Part shown: one piece after another, positions 12,528 through 24,532 of the stretch | Position numbering within the stretch: the stretch's first letter is position 1 | How the letters are laid out: the number at the start of each line of letters is the position of its first letter | Assembly (NCBI RefSeq): GCF_032444005.1 | Contig: NC_091286.1 | Span: 24,242,001 to 24,306,000, forward strand | Direction: 5' to 3' | Source of the DNA: Ranitomeya imitator | Lineage: Eukaryota | Length of the DNA stretch: 64,000 nt | Notes under the pieces: generated by a model | Databases searched by the model: none | The model's input: only the letters and a program-made list of their open reading frames with translations | Told to the model about the DNA's origin: nothing | Made by a program: the position numbers and the translations under genes

Positions 12528-15500
12528 GTGTCTCTTGCTATAGAGTGTCTCTTGCTGTGGAGTGTCTCTTGCTGTGGAGTGTCTCTTGCTGTGGAGTGTC
12601 TCTGGCTCTGGAGCGTCTCTTGCTCTGGAGTGTCTCTTGCTCTGGAGCGTCTCTCACTATGGAGCGTCTCTTGCTGTGGAGCATCTCTTTCTCTGGAGTG
12701 TCTCTCGCTGTGGAGTGTCTCTTGCTGTGGAGTGTCTCTTGCTGTAGAGTGTCTCTTGCTGTAGAGCATATCTTGCTGTGGAGCGTCTCTTGCTGTGGAG
12801 TGTCTCTTGCTGTGGAGTGTCTCTTGCTGTGGAGTGTCTTTGGCTCTGGAGTGTCTCTTGCTATGGAGTGCCTCTTGCTCTGGAGTGTCTCTTGCTGTGG
12901 AGTGTCTCTGGCTCTGGAGCGTCTCTTGCTCTGGAGTGTCTCTTGCTGTGGAGTGTCTTTGGCTCTGGAGTGTCTCTGGCTCTGGAGCGTCTCTTGCTGT
13001 GGAGTGTCTCTGGCTCTGGAGCGTCTCTTGCTCTGGAGCGTCTCTTGCTGTGGAGCGTCTCTCGCTGTGGAGCGTCTCTTGCTGTGGAGTGTCTCTGGCT
13101 CTGTAGCGTCTCTTGCTGTGGAGTGTCTCTTGCTGTGGAGTGTCTCTGGCTCTGTAGCGTCTCTTGCTGTGGAGTGTCTCTTGCTGTGGAGTGTCTCTTG
13201 CTGTGGAGTGTCTATGGCTCTGTAGCGTCTCTTGCTGTGGAGTGTCTCTCGCTGTGGAGCGTCTCTTGCTGTGGAGCATCTCTTGCTATGGAGTGTCTCT
13301 GGCTCTGGAGCGTCTCTTGCTGTGGAGTGTCTCTGGCTTTGGAGCGTCTCTTGCTCTGGAGTGTCTCTCGCTGTGGAGCGTCTCTTGCTGTGGAGTGTCT
13401 CTTGCTGTGGAGCGTCTCTTGCTGTGGAGTGTCTCTTGCTCTGGAGCGTCTCTCGCTGTGGAGCGTCTCTTGCTGTGGAGTGTCACTTGCTCTGGAGCGT
13501 GGCGTCTCTTGCTATGGAGTGTCTCTTGCTGTGGAGTGTCTCTTGCTGTGGAGTGTCTCTTGCTGTGGAGTGTCTCTTGCTGTGGAGCGTCTCTGGCTCT
13601 GGAGCGTCTCTCGCTGTGGAGCGTCTCTTGCTGTGGAGTGTCTCTTGCTGTGGAGTGTCTCGTGCTCTGGAGCGTCTCTTGCTGTGGAGTGTCTCTTGCT
13701 GTGGAGTGTCTCGTGCTCTGGAGCGTCTCTTGCTGTGGAGTGTCTCTGGCTTTGGAGCATCTCTTGCTCTGGTGCGTGACGTCTCTTGCTGTAAAGGGTC
13801 TCTGGCTCTGGAGCATCTCTTGCTGTGGAGCGTCTCTGGCTCTGGAGCATCTCTTGCTGTGGAGCGTCTCTGGCTCTGGAGCGTCTCTGGCTCTGGAGCG
13901 TCTCTCGCTGTGGAGCGTCTCTTGCTGTGGAGTGTCTCTTGCTGTGGAGCGTCTCTCGCTGTGGAGCATCTCTTGCTGTGGAGCGTCTCTTGCTGTGGAG
14001 TGTCTCGTGCTCTGGAGCGTCACTTGCTGTGGAGTGTCTCTGGCTTTGAAGCATCTCTTGCTCTGGTGCGTGATGTCTCTTGCTGTAAAGGGTCTCTGGC
14101 TCTGGAGCATCTCTTGCTCTGGAGTGTCTCTGGCTCTGGAGCGTCTCTTGCTCTGGAGCGTCTCTTGCTATGGAGCGTCTCTCGCTGTGGAGCGTCTCTC
14201 GCTGTGGAGTGTCTCTTGCTGTGGAGCGTCTCTTGCTGTGGAGTGTCTCGTGCTCTGGAGCGTCTCTTGCTGTGGAGCGTCTCTCGCTGTGGAGCGTCTC
14301 TTGCTGTGGAGTGTCTCTTGCTGTGGAGTGTCTCTGGCTGTGGAGTGTCTCTGGCTGTGGAGTGTCTCTGGCTCTGGAGCGTCTCTTGCTGTGGAGTGTC
14401 TCTGGCTCTGGAGCGACTCTTGCTGTGGAGCATCTCTCGCTGTGGAGCGTCTCTTGCTGTGGAGTGTCTCTTGCTGTGGAGTGTCTCTGGCTGTGGAGTG
14501 TCTCTTGCTCTGGAGTGTCTCTTGCTCTGGAGCGTCTCTCGCTGTGGAGCGTCTCTTGCTCTGGAGCGTCTCTCGCTGTGGAGCGTCTCTCGCTCTGGAG
14601 TGTCTCTGGCTCTGTAGCGTCTCTTGCTCTGGAGTGTCTCTTGCTGTGGAGTGTCTCTTGCTCTGGAGTGTCTCTTGCTCTGGAGTGTCTCTTGCTGTGG
14701 AGTGTCTCTGGCTCTGTAGTGTCTCTTGCTGTGGAGTGTCTCTTGCTGTGGAGTGTCTCTGGCTCTGTAGCGTCTCTTGCTGTGGAGTGTCTCTTGCTGT
14801 GGAGTGCCTCTTGCTGTGGAGTCTCTATGGCTCTGTAGCGTCTCTTGCTGTGGAGTGTCTCTCGCTGTGGAGCGTCTCTTGCTGTGGAGCATCTCTTGCT
14901 ATGGAGTGTCTCTGGCTCTGGAGCGTCTCTTGCTGTGGAGTGTCTCTGGCTTTGGAGCGTCTCTTGCTCTGGAGTGTCTCTCGCTGTGGAGCGTCTCTTG
15001 CTGTGGAGTGTCTCTTGCTGTGGAGCGTCTCTTGCTGTGGAGTGTCTCTTGCTCTGGAGCGTCTCTCGCTGTGGAGCGTCTCTTGCTCTGGAGTGTCTCT
15101 TGCTCTGGAGCGTGACGTCTCTTGCTATGGAGTGTCTCTTGCTGTGGAGTGTCTCTTGCTGTGGAGTGTCTCTTGCTGTGGAGCGTCTCTGGCTCTGGAG
15201 CGTCTCTCACTGTGGAGCGTCTCTTGCTGTGGAGTGTCTCGTGCTCTGGAGCGTCACTTGCTGTGGAGTGTCTCTGGCTTTGAAGCATCTCTTGCTCTGG
15301 TGCGTGATGTCTCTTGCTGTAAAGGGTCTCTGGCTCTGGAGCGTCTCTTGCTCTGGAGCGTCTCTTGCTATGGAGCGTCTCTCGCTGTGGAGCGTCTCTC
15401 GCTGTGGAGTGTCTCTTGCTGTGGAGCGTCTCTTGCTGTGGAGCGTCTCTCGCTGTGGAGTGTCTCTTGCTGTGGAGCGTCTCTTGCTGTGGAGTGTCTC

Positions 15501-18500
15501 GTGCTCTGCAGCGTCTCTTGCTGTGGAGTGTCTCTGGCTCTGGAATGTCTCTCGCTGTGGAGCGTCTCTCGCTGTGGAGTGTCTCTGGCTCTGGAGCGTC
15601 TCTGGCTCTGGAGCGTCTCTCGCTGTGGAGCGTCTCTTGCTGTGGAGCCTCTCTTGCTGTGGAGTGTCTCGTGCTCTGCAGCGTCTCTTGCTGTGGAGTG
15701 TCTCTGGCTCTGGAGCGTCTCTTGCTATGGAGCGTCTCTTGCTGTGGAGTGTCTCTGGCTCTGGAGCGTCTCTTGCTGTGGAGTGTCTCTGGCTCTGGAG
15801 CGTCTCTTGCTGTGGAGTGTCTCTGGCTCTGGAGCGTCTCTCGCTGTGGAGCGTCTCTTGCTGTGGAGCGTCTCTTGCTGTGGAGTGTCTCTTGCTCTGG
15901 AGTGTCTCTGGCTCTGGAGCGTCTCTTGCTCTGGAGCGTCTCTTGCTATGGAGCGTCTCTCGCTGTGGAGCGTCTCTTGCTGTGGAGTGTCTCTTGCTGT
16001 GGAGCGTCTCTTGCTGTGGAGCGTCTCTCGCTGTGGAGTGTCTCTTGCTGTGGAGCGTCTCTTGCTGTGGAGTGTCTCGTGCTCTGCAGCGTCTCTTGCT
16101 GTGGAGTGTCTCTGGCTCTGGAGTGTCTCTCGCTGTGGAGCGTCTCTCGCTGTGGAGTGTCTCTGGCTCTGGAGCGTCTCTCGCTGTGGAGCGTCTCTTG
16201 CTGTGGAGTGTCTCTTGCTGTGGAGTGTCTCGTGCTCTGGAGCGTCTCTTGCTGTGGAGTGTCTCTTGCTGTGGAGTGTCTCGTGCTCTGGAGCGTCTCT
16301 TGCTGTGGAGTGTCTCTGGCTTTGGAGCATCTCTTGCTCTGGTGCGTGACGTCTCTTGCTGTAAAGGGTCTCTGGCTCTGGAGCATCTCTTGCTGTGGAG
16401 CGTCTCTGGCTCTGGAGCATCTCTTGCTGTGGAGCGTCTCTGGCTCTGGAGCGTCTCTGGCTCTGGAGCGTCTCTCACTGTGGAGCGTCTCTTGCTGTGT
16501 AGTGTCTCTTGCTGTGGAGTGTCTCGTGCTCTGGAGCGTCACTTGCTGTGGAGTGTCTCTGGCTTTGAAGCATCTCTTGCTCTGGTGCGTGATGTCTCTT
16601 GCTGTAAAGGGTCTCTGGCTCTGGAGCATCTCTTGCTCTGGAGTGTCTCTGGCTCTGGAGTGTCTCTCGCTGTGGAGCGTCTCTCGCTGTGGAGTGTCTC
16701 TGGCTCTGGAGCGTCTCTGGCTCTGGAGCGTCTCTCGCTGTGGAGCGTCTCTGGCTCTGGAGCGTCTCTCGCTGTGGAGTGTCTCTTGCTGTGGAGCGTC
16801 TCTTGCTGTGGAGCGTCTCTCGCTGTGGAGTGTCTCTTGCTGTGGAGCGTCTCTTGCTGTGGAGTGTCTCGTGCTCTGCAGCGTCTCTTGCTGTGGAGTG
16901 TCTCTCGCTGTGGAGCGTCTCTCGCTGTGGAGTGTCTCTGGCTCTGGAGCGTCTCTGGCTCTGGAGCGTCTCTGGCTCTGGAGCGTCTCTCGCTGTGGAG
17001 CCTCTCTTGCTGTGGAGTGTCTCGTGCTCTGCAGCGTCTCTTGCTGTGGAGTGTCTCTGGCTCTGGAGCGTCTCTTGCTATGGAGCGTCTCTTGCTGTGG
17101 AGTGTCTCTGGCTCTGGAGCGTCTCTTGCTGTGGAGTGTCTCTGGCTCTGGAGCGTCTCTCGCTGTGGAGCGTCTCTTGCTGTGGAGCGTCTCTTGCTGT
17201 GGAGTGTCTCTTGCTCTGGAGTGTCTCTGGCTCTGGAGCGTCTCTTGCTCTGGAGCGTCTCTGGCTCTGGAGCGTCTCTGGCTCTGGAGCGTCTCTCGCT
17301 GTGGACCCTCTCTTGCTGTGGAGTGTCTCGTGCTCTGCAGCGTCTCTTGCTGTGGAGTGTCTCTGGCTCTGGAGCGTCTCTTGCTATGGAGCGTCTCTTG
17401 CTGTGGAGTGTCTCTGGCTCTGGAGCGTCTCTTGCTGTGGAGTGTCTCTGGCTCTGGAGCGTCTCTCGCTGTGGAGCGTCTCTTGCTGTGGAGTGTCTCT
17501 TGCTGTGGAGTGTCTCTTGCTGTGGAGTGTCTCGTGCTCTGGAGCGTCACTTGCTGTGGAGTGTCTCTGGCTTTGGAGCATCTCTTCCTCTGGTGCGTGA
17601 CGTCTCTTGCTGTAAAGGGTCTCTGGCTCTGGAGCGTCTCTTGCTCTGGAGCGTCTCTTGCTATGGAGCGTCTCTCGCTGTGGAGCATCTCTTGCTGTGG
17701 ATTATCTCTTGCTGTGGATCGTCTCTTGCTCTGGAGTGTCTTTGGCTCTGGAGCGTCTCTCGCTGTGGAGCATCTCTTGCTGTGGAGCGTCTCTTGCTCT
17801 GGAGCGTCTCTTGCTGTGGAGTGTCTCTTGCTGTGGAGTGTCTCTCGCTGTGGAGCGTCTCTTGCTGTGGAGCGTCTCTTGCTGTGGAGTGTCTCGTGCT
17901 CTGGAGCGTCTCTCGCTGTGGAGCGTCTCTTGCTGTGGAGCGTCTCTTGCTGTGGAGTGTCTCGTGCTCTGGAGCGTCTCTTGCTGTGGAGTGTCTCTGG
18001 CTTTGGAGCATCTCTTGCTGTGGAGTGTCTCTGGCTCTGGAGCGTCTCTTGCTCTGGAGCGTCTCTCACTATGGAGCGTCTCTTGCTGTGGAGCGTCTCT
18101 TTCTCTGGAGCGTCTCTCGCTCTGGAGTGTCTCTTGCTGTGGAGTGTCTCTTGCTGTGGTGTGTCTCTTGCTGTGGAGTGTCTCTGGCTATGGAGCGTCT
18201 CTGGCTGTGTAGTGTCTCTGTCTGTGGACCATCTCTTGCTCTGGATCATCCCATCTTCTGGACCGTCCCTTGCTCTGGAGGAGTGTCTCTTGCTCTGGAT
18301 TATCCCTTACTTTGGAGCACTCCTTGCTCTGTAGAGTCTCTTGTTCTGGACTGTCCCTTGCTCTGGAACGTCCCTTGCTCAGGAATGTCATTTGGTCTGG
18401 AACACCACTTGCTCTGGAGTGTCTCTTGCTCTGGAACGTCTCTTGCTCTGGAACGTTTCATGCTCTGGAATGTCTCTTGCTCTGGAGTGTCACTTGCTCT

Positions 18501-19554
18501 GGAGCATCTCTTGCTCTGGAATGTCTCTTGCTCTGGAACTCCACGTGCTCTGGAGCGTCTCTTGCTCTGGAACGCCACTTGCTCTGGAGTGTATCTTGCT
18601 CTGGAACGTCTCTTGCTCTGGAACATCTCTTGCTCTGGAATGTCCCTTGCGGTGGAGCATCCCTTGCTCTGGAACGTCACTTGCTCTGGAGTGTCTCTTG
18701 CTCTGGAGTGTCTCTTGCTCTGGAACGTCTCTTGCTCTGGAGCATCTCTTGCTCTGGATTGTCTCTTGCTCTGGAACTTCTCTTGCTCTGGAGCATCTCT
18801 TGCTCTGGAACGTCTCTTGCTCTGGAGCATCTCTTGCTCTGGAACATCTCTTACTCTGGAACGTCTCTTGCTCTGGAATGTCTCTTGCTCTGGAGCGTCT
18901 CTTGCTCTGGAGCATCTCTTGCTCTGGAACGTCTCTTGCTCTGGAGCATCTCTTGCTCTGGAGCATCTCTTGCTCTGGAATGTCTCTTGCTCTGGAGCAT
19001 CTCTTGCTCTGGAACATCTCTTGCTCTGGAACGTCTTTTGCTCTGGAATGTCTCTTGCTCTGGAACGTCTCTTGCTCTGGAGCATCTCTTGCTCTGGAAC
19101 ATCTCTTGCTCTGGAACGTCTTTTGCTCTGGAATGTCTCTTGCTCTGGAATGTCTCTTGCTCTGGAACGTCTCTTGCTCTGGAGCGTCTCTTGCTCTGGA
19201 ACGTCTCTTGTTCTGGAGTGTCTCTTGCTCTGGAGCATCTCTTGCTCTGGAACATCTCTTGCTCTGGAGCATCTCTTGCTCTGGAGCATCTCTTGCTCTG
19301 GAACGTCTCTTGCTCTGGAGCGTCTCTTGCTCTGGAACGTCTCTTGTTCTGGAGTGTCTCTTGCTCTGGAGCATCTCTTGCTCTGGAACATCTCTTGCTC
19401 TGGAGCATCTCTTGCTCTGGAGCATCTCTTGCTCTGGAACGTCTCTTGCTCTGGAGTGTCTCTTGCTCTGGAATGTCTCTTGCTCTGGAGTGTCTCTTGC
19501 TCTGGAACGTCCCTTGCTCTGGAGCACTTCTTGCTGTGGAGCGTCCCTTGCTCT
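12528..19554. repeat. 7-kb 17-bp satellite (TGTCTCTTGCTGTGGAG and variants)
   Basis: About 410 copies. The 17-aa period of the ORFs (51 nt = 3 units) confirms a 17-nt unit. The consensus has no stop on the + strand. Confidence 0.97.
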
Positions 19555-20339
19555 AAACACCATTGACACCCTATAATTGTTAATGGGCACCATGTAACAC
19601 TACATTTCCCCCATGGAGGCGCAGCAGGGGAACGTAACACTTACTGCCGGGTTCCTGCAGCTGATGGCTTGGGGTTTCAGCACCAAGACAAGCAAATTAG
19701 GGGATCCTTCTGAGATGATTTGTCGTAGGGGCTGCACAATCCCGCTAATATCTTGATATGCTGGATTTGGTCTTTCCAGGGTAAATTCAGCTTGTTTATT
19801 AGAACATTTCCTTTGGGAATATTTCTTTTCCTTTTCTTCACATATCAGATGATGATCAGGAATGTTTCTCCAACTCTGTGTGGACCAAGCAGATGACACT
19901 GACCTCATTACCCTGGAAGGTACGGTCCGCCATACGTCCCCCGGAGTAGAGGCACAGACTGGTGACCAGAAGATGCCGAAAATTCACGTTAAGGAAAACT
20001 AATAGGTGCGGTTCTGGTCAGGAGAAAACATACAGCGGAGGGGCCCGGACATGCGGGGCCAAAGCCCACCGTGCTGCTTCTCTCACTGCTCAAACTCTCA
20101 CAGCTGCTTTTGGACGCTGTGTACTTGTGCAGCACCAACCCACTGTCCAGATGGTACAGCATACTGGATGGGATTTCTAGAAACGCCATGACCACTATGG
20201 ATCCATAGACACCCGCGGCTCACCCGCGGAGACGGACATACGGCGCGTCTCTCCAGACTGCAGCATGTCAATTTCTCTTGTGGAGACACATACGGTCTCT
20301 AGATCACCAAGGGATCAAAAGCAAATCTACCATTAATCT

Positions 20340-20920
20340 AACCACTGCCCTAGCCCACCACCACCAGGAATGTAACCATACAGCCCTTCACTACCACAGA
20401 CCACCAGGAATATAGCCGAAACCTTCTTCAATGATATAAATATAAATCCATGTGTTACCCAAGATCTCTAGGAATGTAACCATAAACCTATACTACCAGG
20501 GATGTAAAGCATAAAGCCCATTTACTACCCTTGACCACCAGAGACGTAAACCATAGACCCCTTTATTACCCTAGAGCACAAGGAATGTAATCATAAACTC
20601 CTTCACTGCCCTAGACCACCAGGGATATAAACATTAAACCATTTTACTATTCTATACCACCAGGGATTTAAACCATAGACCCCTTTACTACCCTAGACCA
20701 CCAGGGATATAAACAATAAACCCTTTTACTACCCTAGACCACCAGGGATTTAAACCATAGACCCCTTTACTACCCTAGACCACCAGGGATATAAACAATA
20801 AACCCTTTTACTATTCTATACCACCAGGGATTTAAACCATAGACCCCTTTACTACCCTAGACCACCAGGGATATAAACAATAAACCCTTTTACTACCCTA
20901 GACCACCAGGGATTTAAACC
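20340..20920. repeat. 41-bp minisatellite (CCACCAGGGATTTAAACCATAGACCCCTTTACTACCCTAGA)
   Basis: Period 41 (CCACC at 20657 and 20698). Homogeneous core about 20600-20918, degenerate to the left. Confidence 0.9.
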
Positions 20921-22152
20921 ACAAGTTGTTCGTGTTTTCACCCCCGATTCAGGTCACCCAGACAGAAAGCTCTTTGTAAGCAGCTCTCCATTCTGCCTCA
21001 TAAATGGGGGGCTCCACTAGAGACCCCTGGGCTCTATGATATCTATATGCCATGAACTGGCTTATAAAGGTCACTGGACGGGAACCTATATGACCGCCGC
21101 CTGCAGAACCCCCAGTGTAATAAAGGGATCATCCCTATTTAAAGGGGACCTCTCGTAAAAGACCCCATTGTACAGAAGTGAAGGAAGCGTTCTGCCAGAA
21201 ATCCTGACGTGTGCACGTAGCCTTAAAGTGGTCCGTCCTGCCATGGCCGTGTGTAATAGAAGCCATGAGACTCTGCGGGGGGCGGTGGATTCTGTATTTT
21301 TAAACTTGGAGCTCCGGACTGGAATGTGTGATGGAGTCAGCGGCGAAGATTAGATAAACATGGAAAAACGCTGGCAGGCCATGTCCCCTTCGCCGCGGCC
21401 CGTTCTGCGCCCAGCCAGGGATTCCTATCCCGTGTGTAATGCGCTGCCTTTTATATACCGAGGTGAGGCGAATTGTTTTATCGTCTGATGCGGCCTCATT
21501 CCTAATATCCGGGGACGTGACCACACACCTCGCCTTTCCCAAATTTGGAGACATTTTTTTTTTAGCGCTTCTATTTCATACTCCCCTATAATGGACCCAT
21601 ACGGGCGGTGTTAGGGGTGTAGTTATAGGGGGTGAGGCGGCTGTCCAGGTCCTGGTGCCCAAAAAAATCAAAAAAATCCCAAAGGCCGATCTATACTTGG
21701 CATAAATTGCAAAAAAAAAAGCAACAAAAAATGTGCAGAACTCAAAAAGTAAGAAAAAATCCACAACCCGGAAACTTTTTATTAATAAAAATGAAAGAAA
21801 AAAAAAATCACTTTTTATTGTCACATAATTATTATTACTATTTTAGCATACAGTGAATTATGTAAAATTTAGATGAGCCAAAGCCTTTTATACAAATACT
21901 TACAGAAATATAATATGCAAATTGCCTCTCCTGAGAAAAAGAGGACTTAACTCTATAGCGCCACCTGTTGGAAGTAGCGATCAAAAATTGTAATAAACCT
22001 CTGTATTTGCGATGGATACTCGGAGAATGTTCAAGAGCTCCTGGATTTACCACGCACAGAGGGAAATATAGAGAATAAAGACAAGGAGGAATCATATATA
22101 AGATATAGTGGATACATAGTGGTTGTGATATATTTTCACCAAGAGAAAACAC

Positions 22153-22290
22153 ATCTGATTCGCGTTTCGCATCGCGCTTCATCAGAGGGCCCTTTAAAAT
22201 ACAAAGACCAGAGTATAAAAAAATACATTTTTTGGGATGCAATTGTAGCAAACCCTCAGCTGAGACAAGTATTAGGTCTGTAGAATCTGG
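22153..22290 (-). mobile_element. Penelope-like repeat remnant, copy A, ending in a degenerate minimal hammerhead motif
   Basis: About 125-bp direct repeat with 22605-22730. Minus strand reads CCCT-CTGATGA-AGCGCGATGC-GAAA-CGCGAATC. Confidence 0.55.
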
Positions 22291-22604
22291 ACCAAAACAC
22301 ACACACACAAAAAAAAAATTGATCCAGAGCCCATGTTGTTATAAGTACAATGCATAGGTGTGCAATTACACAGCGGCCATTTATCCAAGATAAATACAAA
22401 ATGAGAAAATTCTCTCTAGTAAGTAAATAAATAATAATAGTAAGTATAAATTTTATAGGGGACATAGATAAAATTGTTTTGATTAAAAAAAAAATGTCAA
22501 AGTCATCCCACCACGACAAGGTGTAACCCAATCGGGACACTAGGACACCTCATAATATTGTAAAATAGAAAATAATGAAAGGGAGGAATAATGAATGATA
22601 CATT

Positions 22605-22730
22605 TTAATACGCGTTTCGCCACAAGCTTCATCAGGGGCCTGATCGCAATACACAAATCAGGGTAAAAATACATTTTTTGGATACAATTGTAACAAACCC
22701 TCAAGCTGAGACAAGTATTAGGTCTGTAGT
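22605..22730 (-). mobile_element. Penelope-like repeat remnant, copy B, ending in a minimal hammerhead motif
   Basis: Minus strand reads GGCCC-CTGATGA-AGCTTGTGGC-GAAA-CGC-GTA, with the palindromic ACGCGT in stem III. Confidence 0.55.
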
Positions 22731-24532
22731 CTGTCGATGGAAATCATACAATATACTGATAATTAACTGAGCATCCTGGGTCCCACTCCTGAGACCCCCA
22801 ATAATGTGGGCTTAGACTGGGTTAAGCATCATATTTACTTTTTTAGCACCTACAGAAGGAAAGAAAATAGCCGAAAGTCGATATCTGATATTGTAGCTGC
22901 CTCCAGTAGGTGGCGCTAGAGAGACAGCTTGTTTTCAGAGCTAATCTGCATACCTTTTCTCCCAGGAAGCATTGCACGGCCCAGTCTCCCCAAGAAGAAA
23001 CAGTAATCACTAAGGAATAGGCAACCATGAAATTGGTAGAATGGGGGTCACTTTGTATGGGAAGAACCCTCACTGGGACGATGAAGGGGGGGGTCCTGGA
23101 CCCCAGAACAAAATCACCATACAATATATTGCGGTAATAGGGCCGGTGGGCCCGCGATGGCCACCACTGTGACGATTGAACATGAAATTATGTGTGAATG
23201 TCATCCATGATTATGTCATAGGACAGACATGATGGTCTCATATATACAGGGGGGCTGGGTATCCGCAAACTATGTGCGACCCTCGCCCCCCCGCTGACTC
23301 CCTGGTGCTGGGAGGAATGTCCAGTTATGTCTGCTATGTGGTCGGGACCCCCAAGTATGGCCTCACCTTGTCATCATGTGGGATACACAGGAGCCCTGCA
23401 TGAAAATAGCAGCCAGCAGGGAGACATTTAAAGGGCCAGTGACGCTGTTTTTTGACTTTGGCGGTCTTTTCCGGTATATTTATAAACTTCTGTAACTTTT
23501 TAATACAGTTTGGCCCCGGTTCTTCACTTGTGGGGTTTTTAAGTCTCATTTCTTTTTATGTCTTTGGTATTGTTTTTTTTTTCTTTTGTGCCTTATTCTT
23601 CTAAATGGTGCACAGGATTTATGAATTTTTTGTATAAAGTGAAAAATCATCTTTATTTCAACTTTAACTTTTTTTTGTGTGTGACTTTTTAACGCAAAAA
23701 AGTCAGACACTTTGCAAAATGTCACAAAACAATTGCTGGCGCACGTGAAATCTCTCCCATGACGGTGGAGAACGTTAGTGCGAAAAACTTTGCAACTTTT
23801 GGAAAAAGTTTCAAATAATGAATTGGACAAAAACTTCTGGAAAGCGGAAACTGCGGCTCACAATGTGGAACTAAGAAACGGAAACAGAAAAAAAAGCGCA
23901 AATGAAAAGATGAATGTGGCAGAAATGAAAAATGGACAAAAATGGGGCAAAAGCAATGATGATCAGCCCCTTTGTAACAATTCCTTGCCGTTTTCACTGT
24001 CCATGCTTGCTGTCAGTGAATGCGGACACTCTGGTTTCCATTCAGACGCTGCGATCCTGCACTTCTCTAGTTCAGCGCTCAGCTGTGTTCACGTGGTGTT
24101 TTATGCCACAGGTCAGTGGCTCTGGGGAGCTTCCCATGGGGCCGTTGACTTCTATGAGGCATCTCTACTCTGGTCCCAGTTTCCATCTGGAAACGTTCTG
24201 TCTATAGTAAATGCTGTAGAGGACTTTGCAGGTTACTTTTTGGCAGTGGCGGGTGCACTGGGATCTGCTCCTGGGGCAATGCCGGAGAATCGTCATATCG
24301 GGGTATATCAGCCCTAATGTGATCCCAGGTCATCGATCCGCTCCGCATCCTGCCCTAGAATAGAACAAACCACAGCAGGTGTAAAAGGGAAAGAGAGAAC
24401 ACCGACACCTGATGGTTGGAGGCGGTACTGCAGCTTTCAGGAGTTTTTTTTTGAGAGAATTGAAAACTAAATAACTTACACATAAGTCTGAGCTAAAAAC
24501 AAAAAACAAAAACAGGAGGAACAGGAGAAGTT

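Noticed and set aside
12455-19640. Very long ORFs (up to 1573 aa) rich in Leu/Trp/Ser/Cys or Arg/Gln/Glu
   Set aside because: They are translations of the 17-bp satellite. The same 17-aa pattern appears in all frames because the unit has no stop and 17 is not a multiple of 3.
19600-19912. 102-aa minus-strand ORF with acceptor and GTAAGT donor
   Set aside because: Its Lys/Glu-rich middle is just the complement of a + strand pyrimidine tract. The peptide resembles nothing I know and is not phase-compatible with the neighbouring minus-strand candidate exon.
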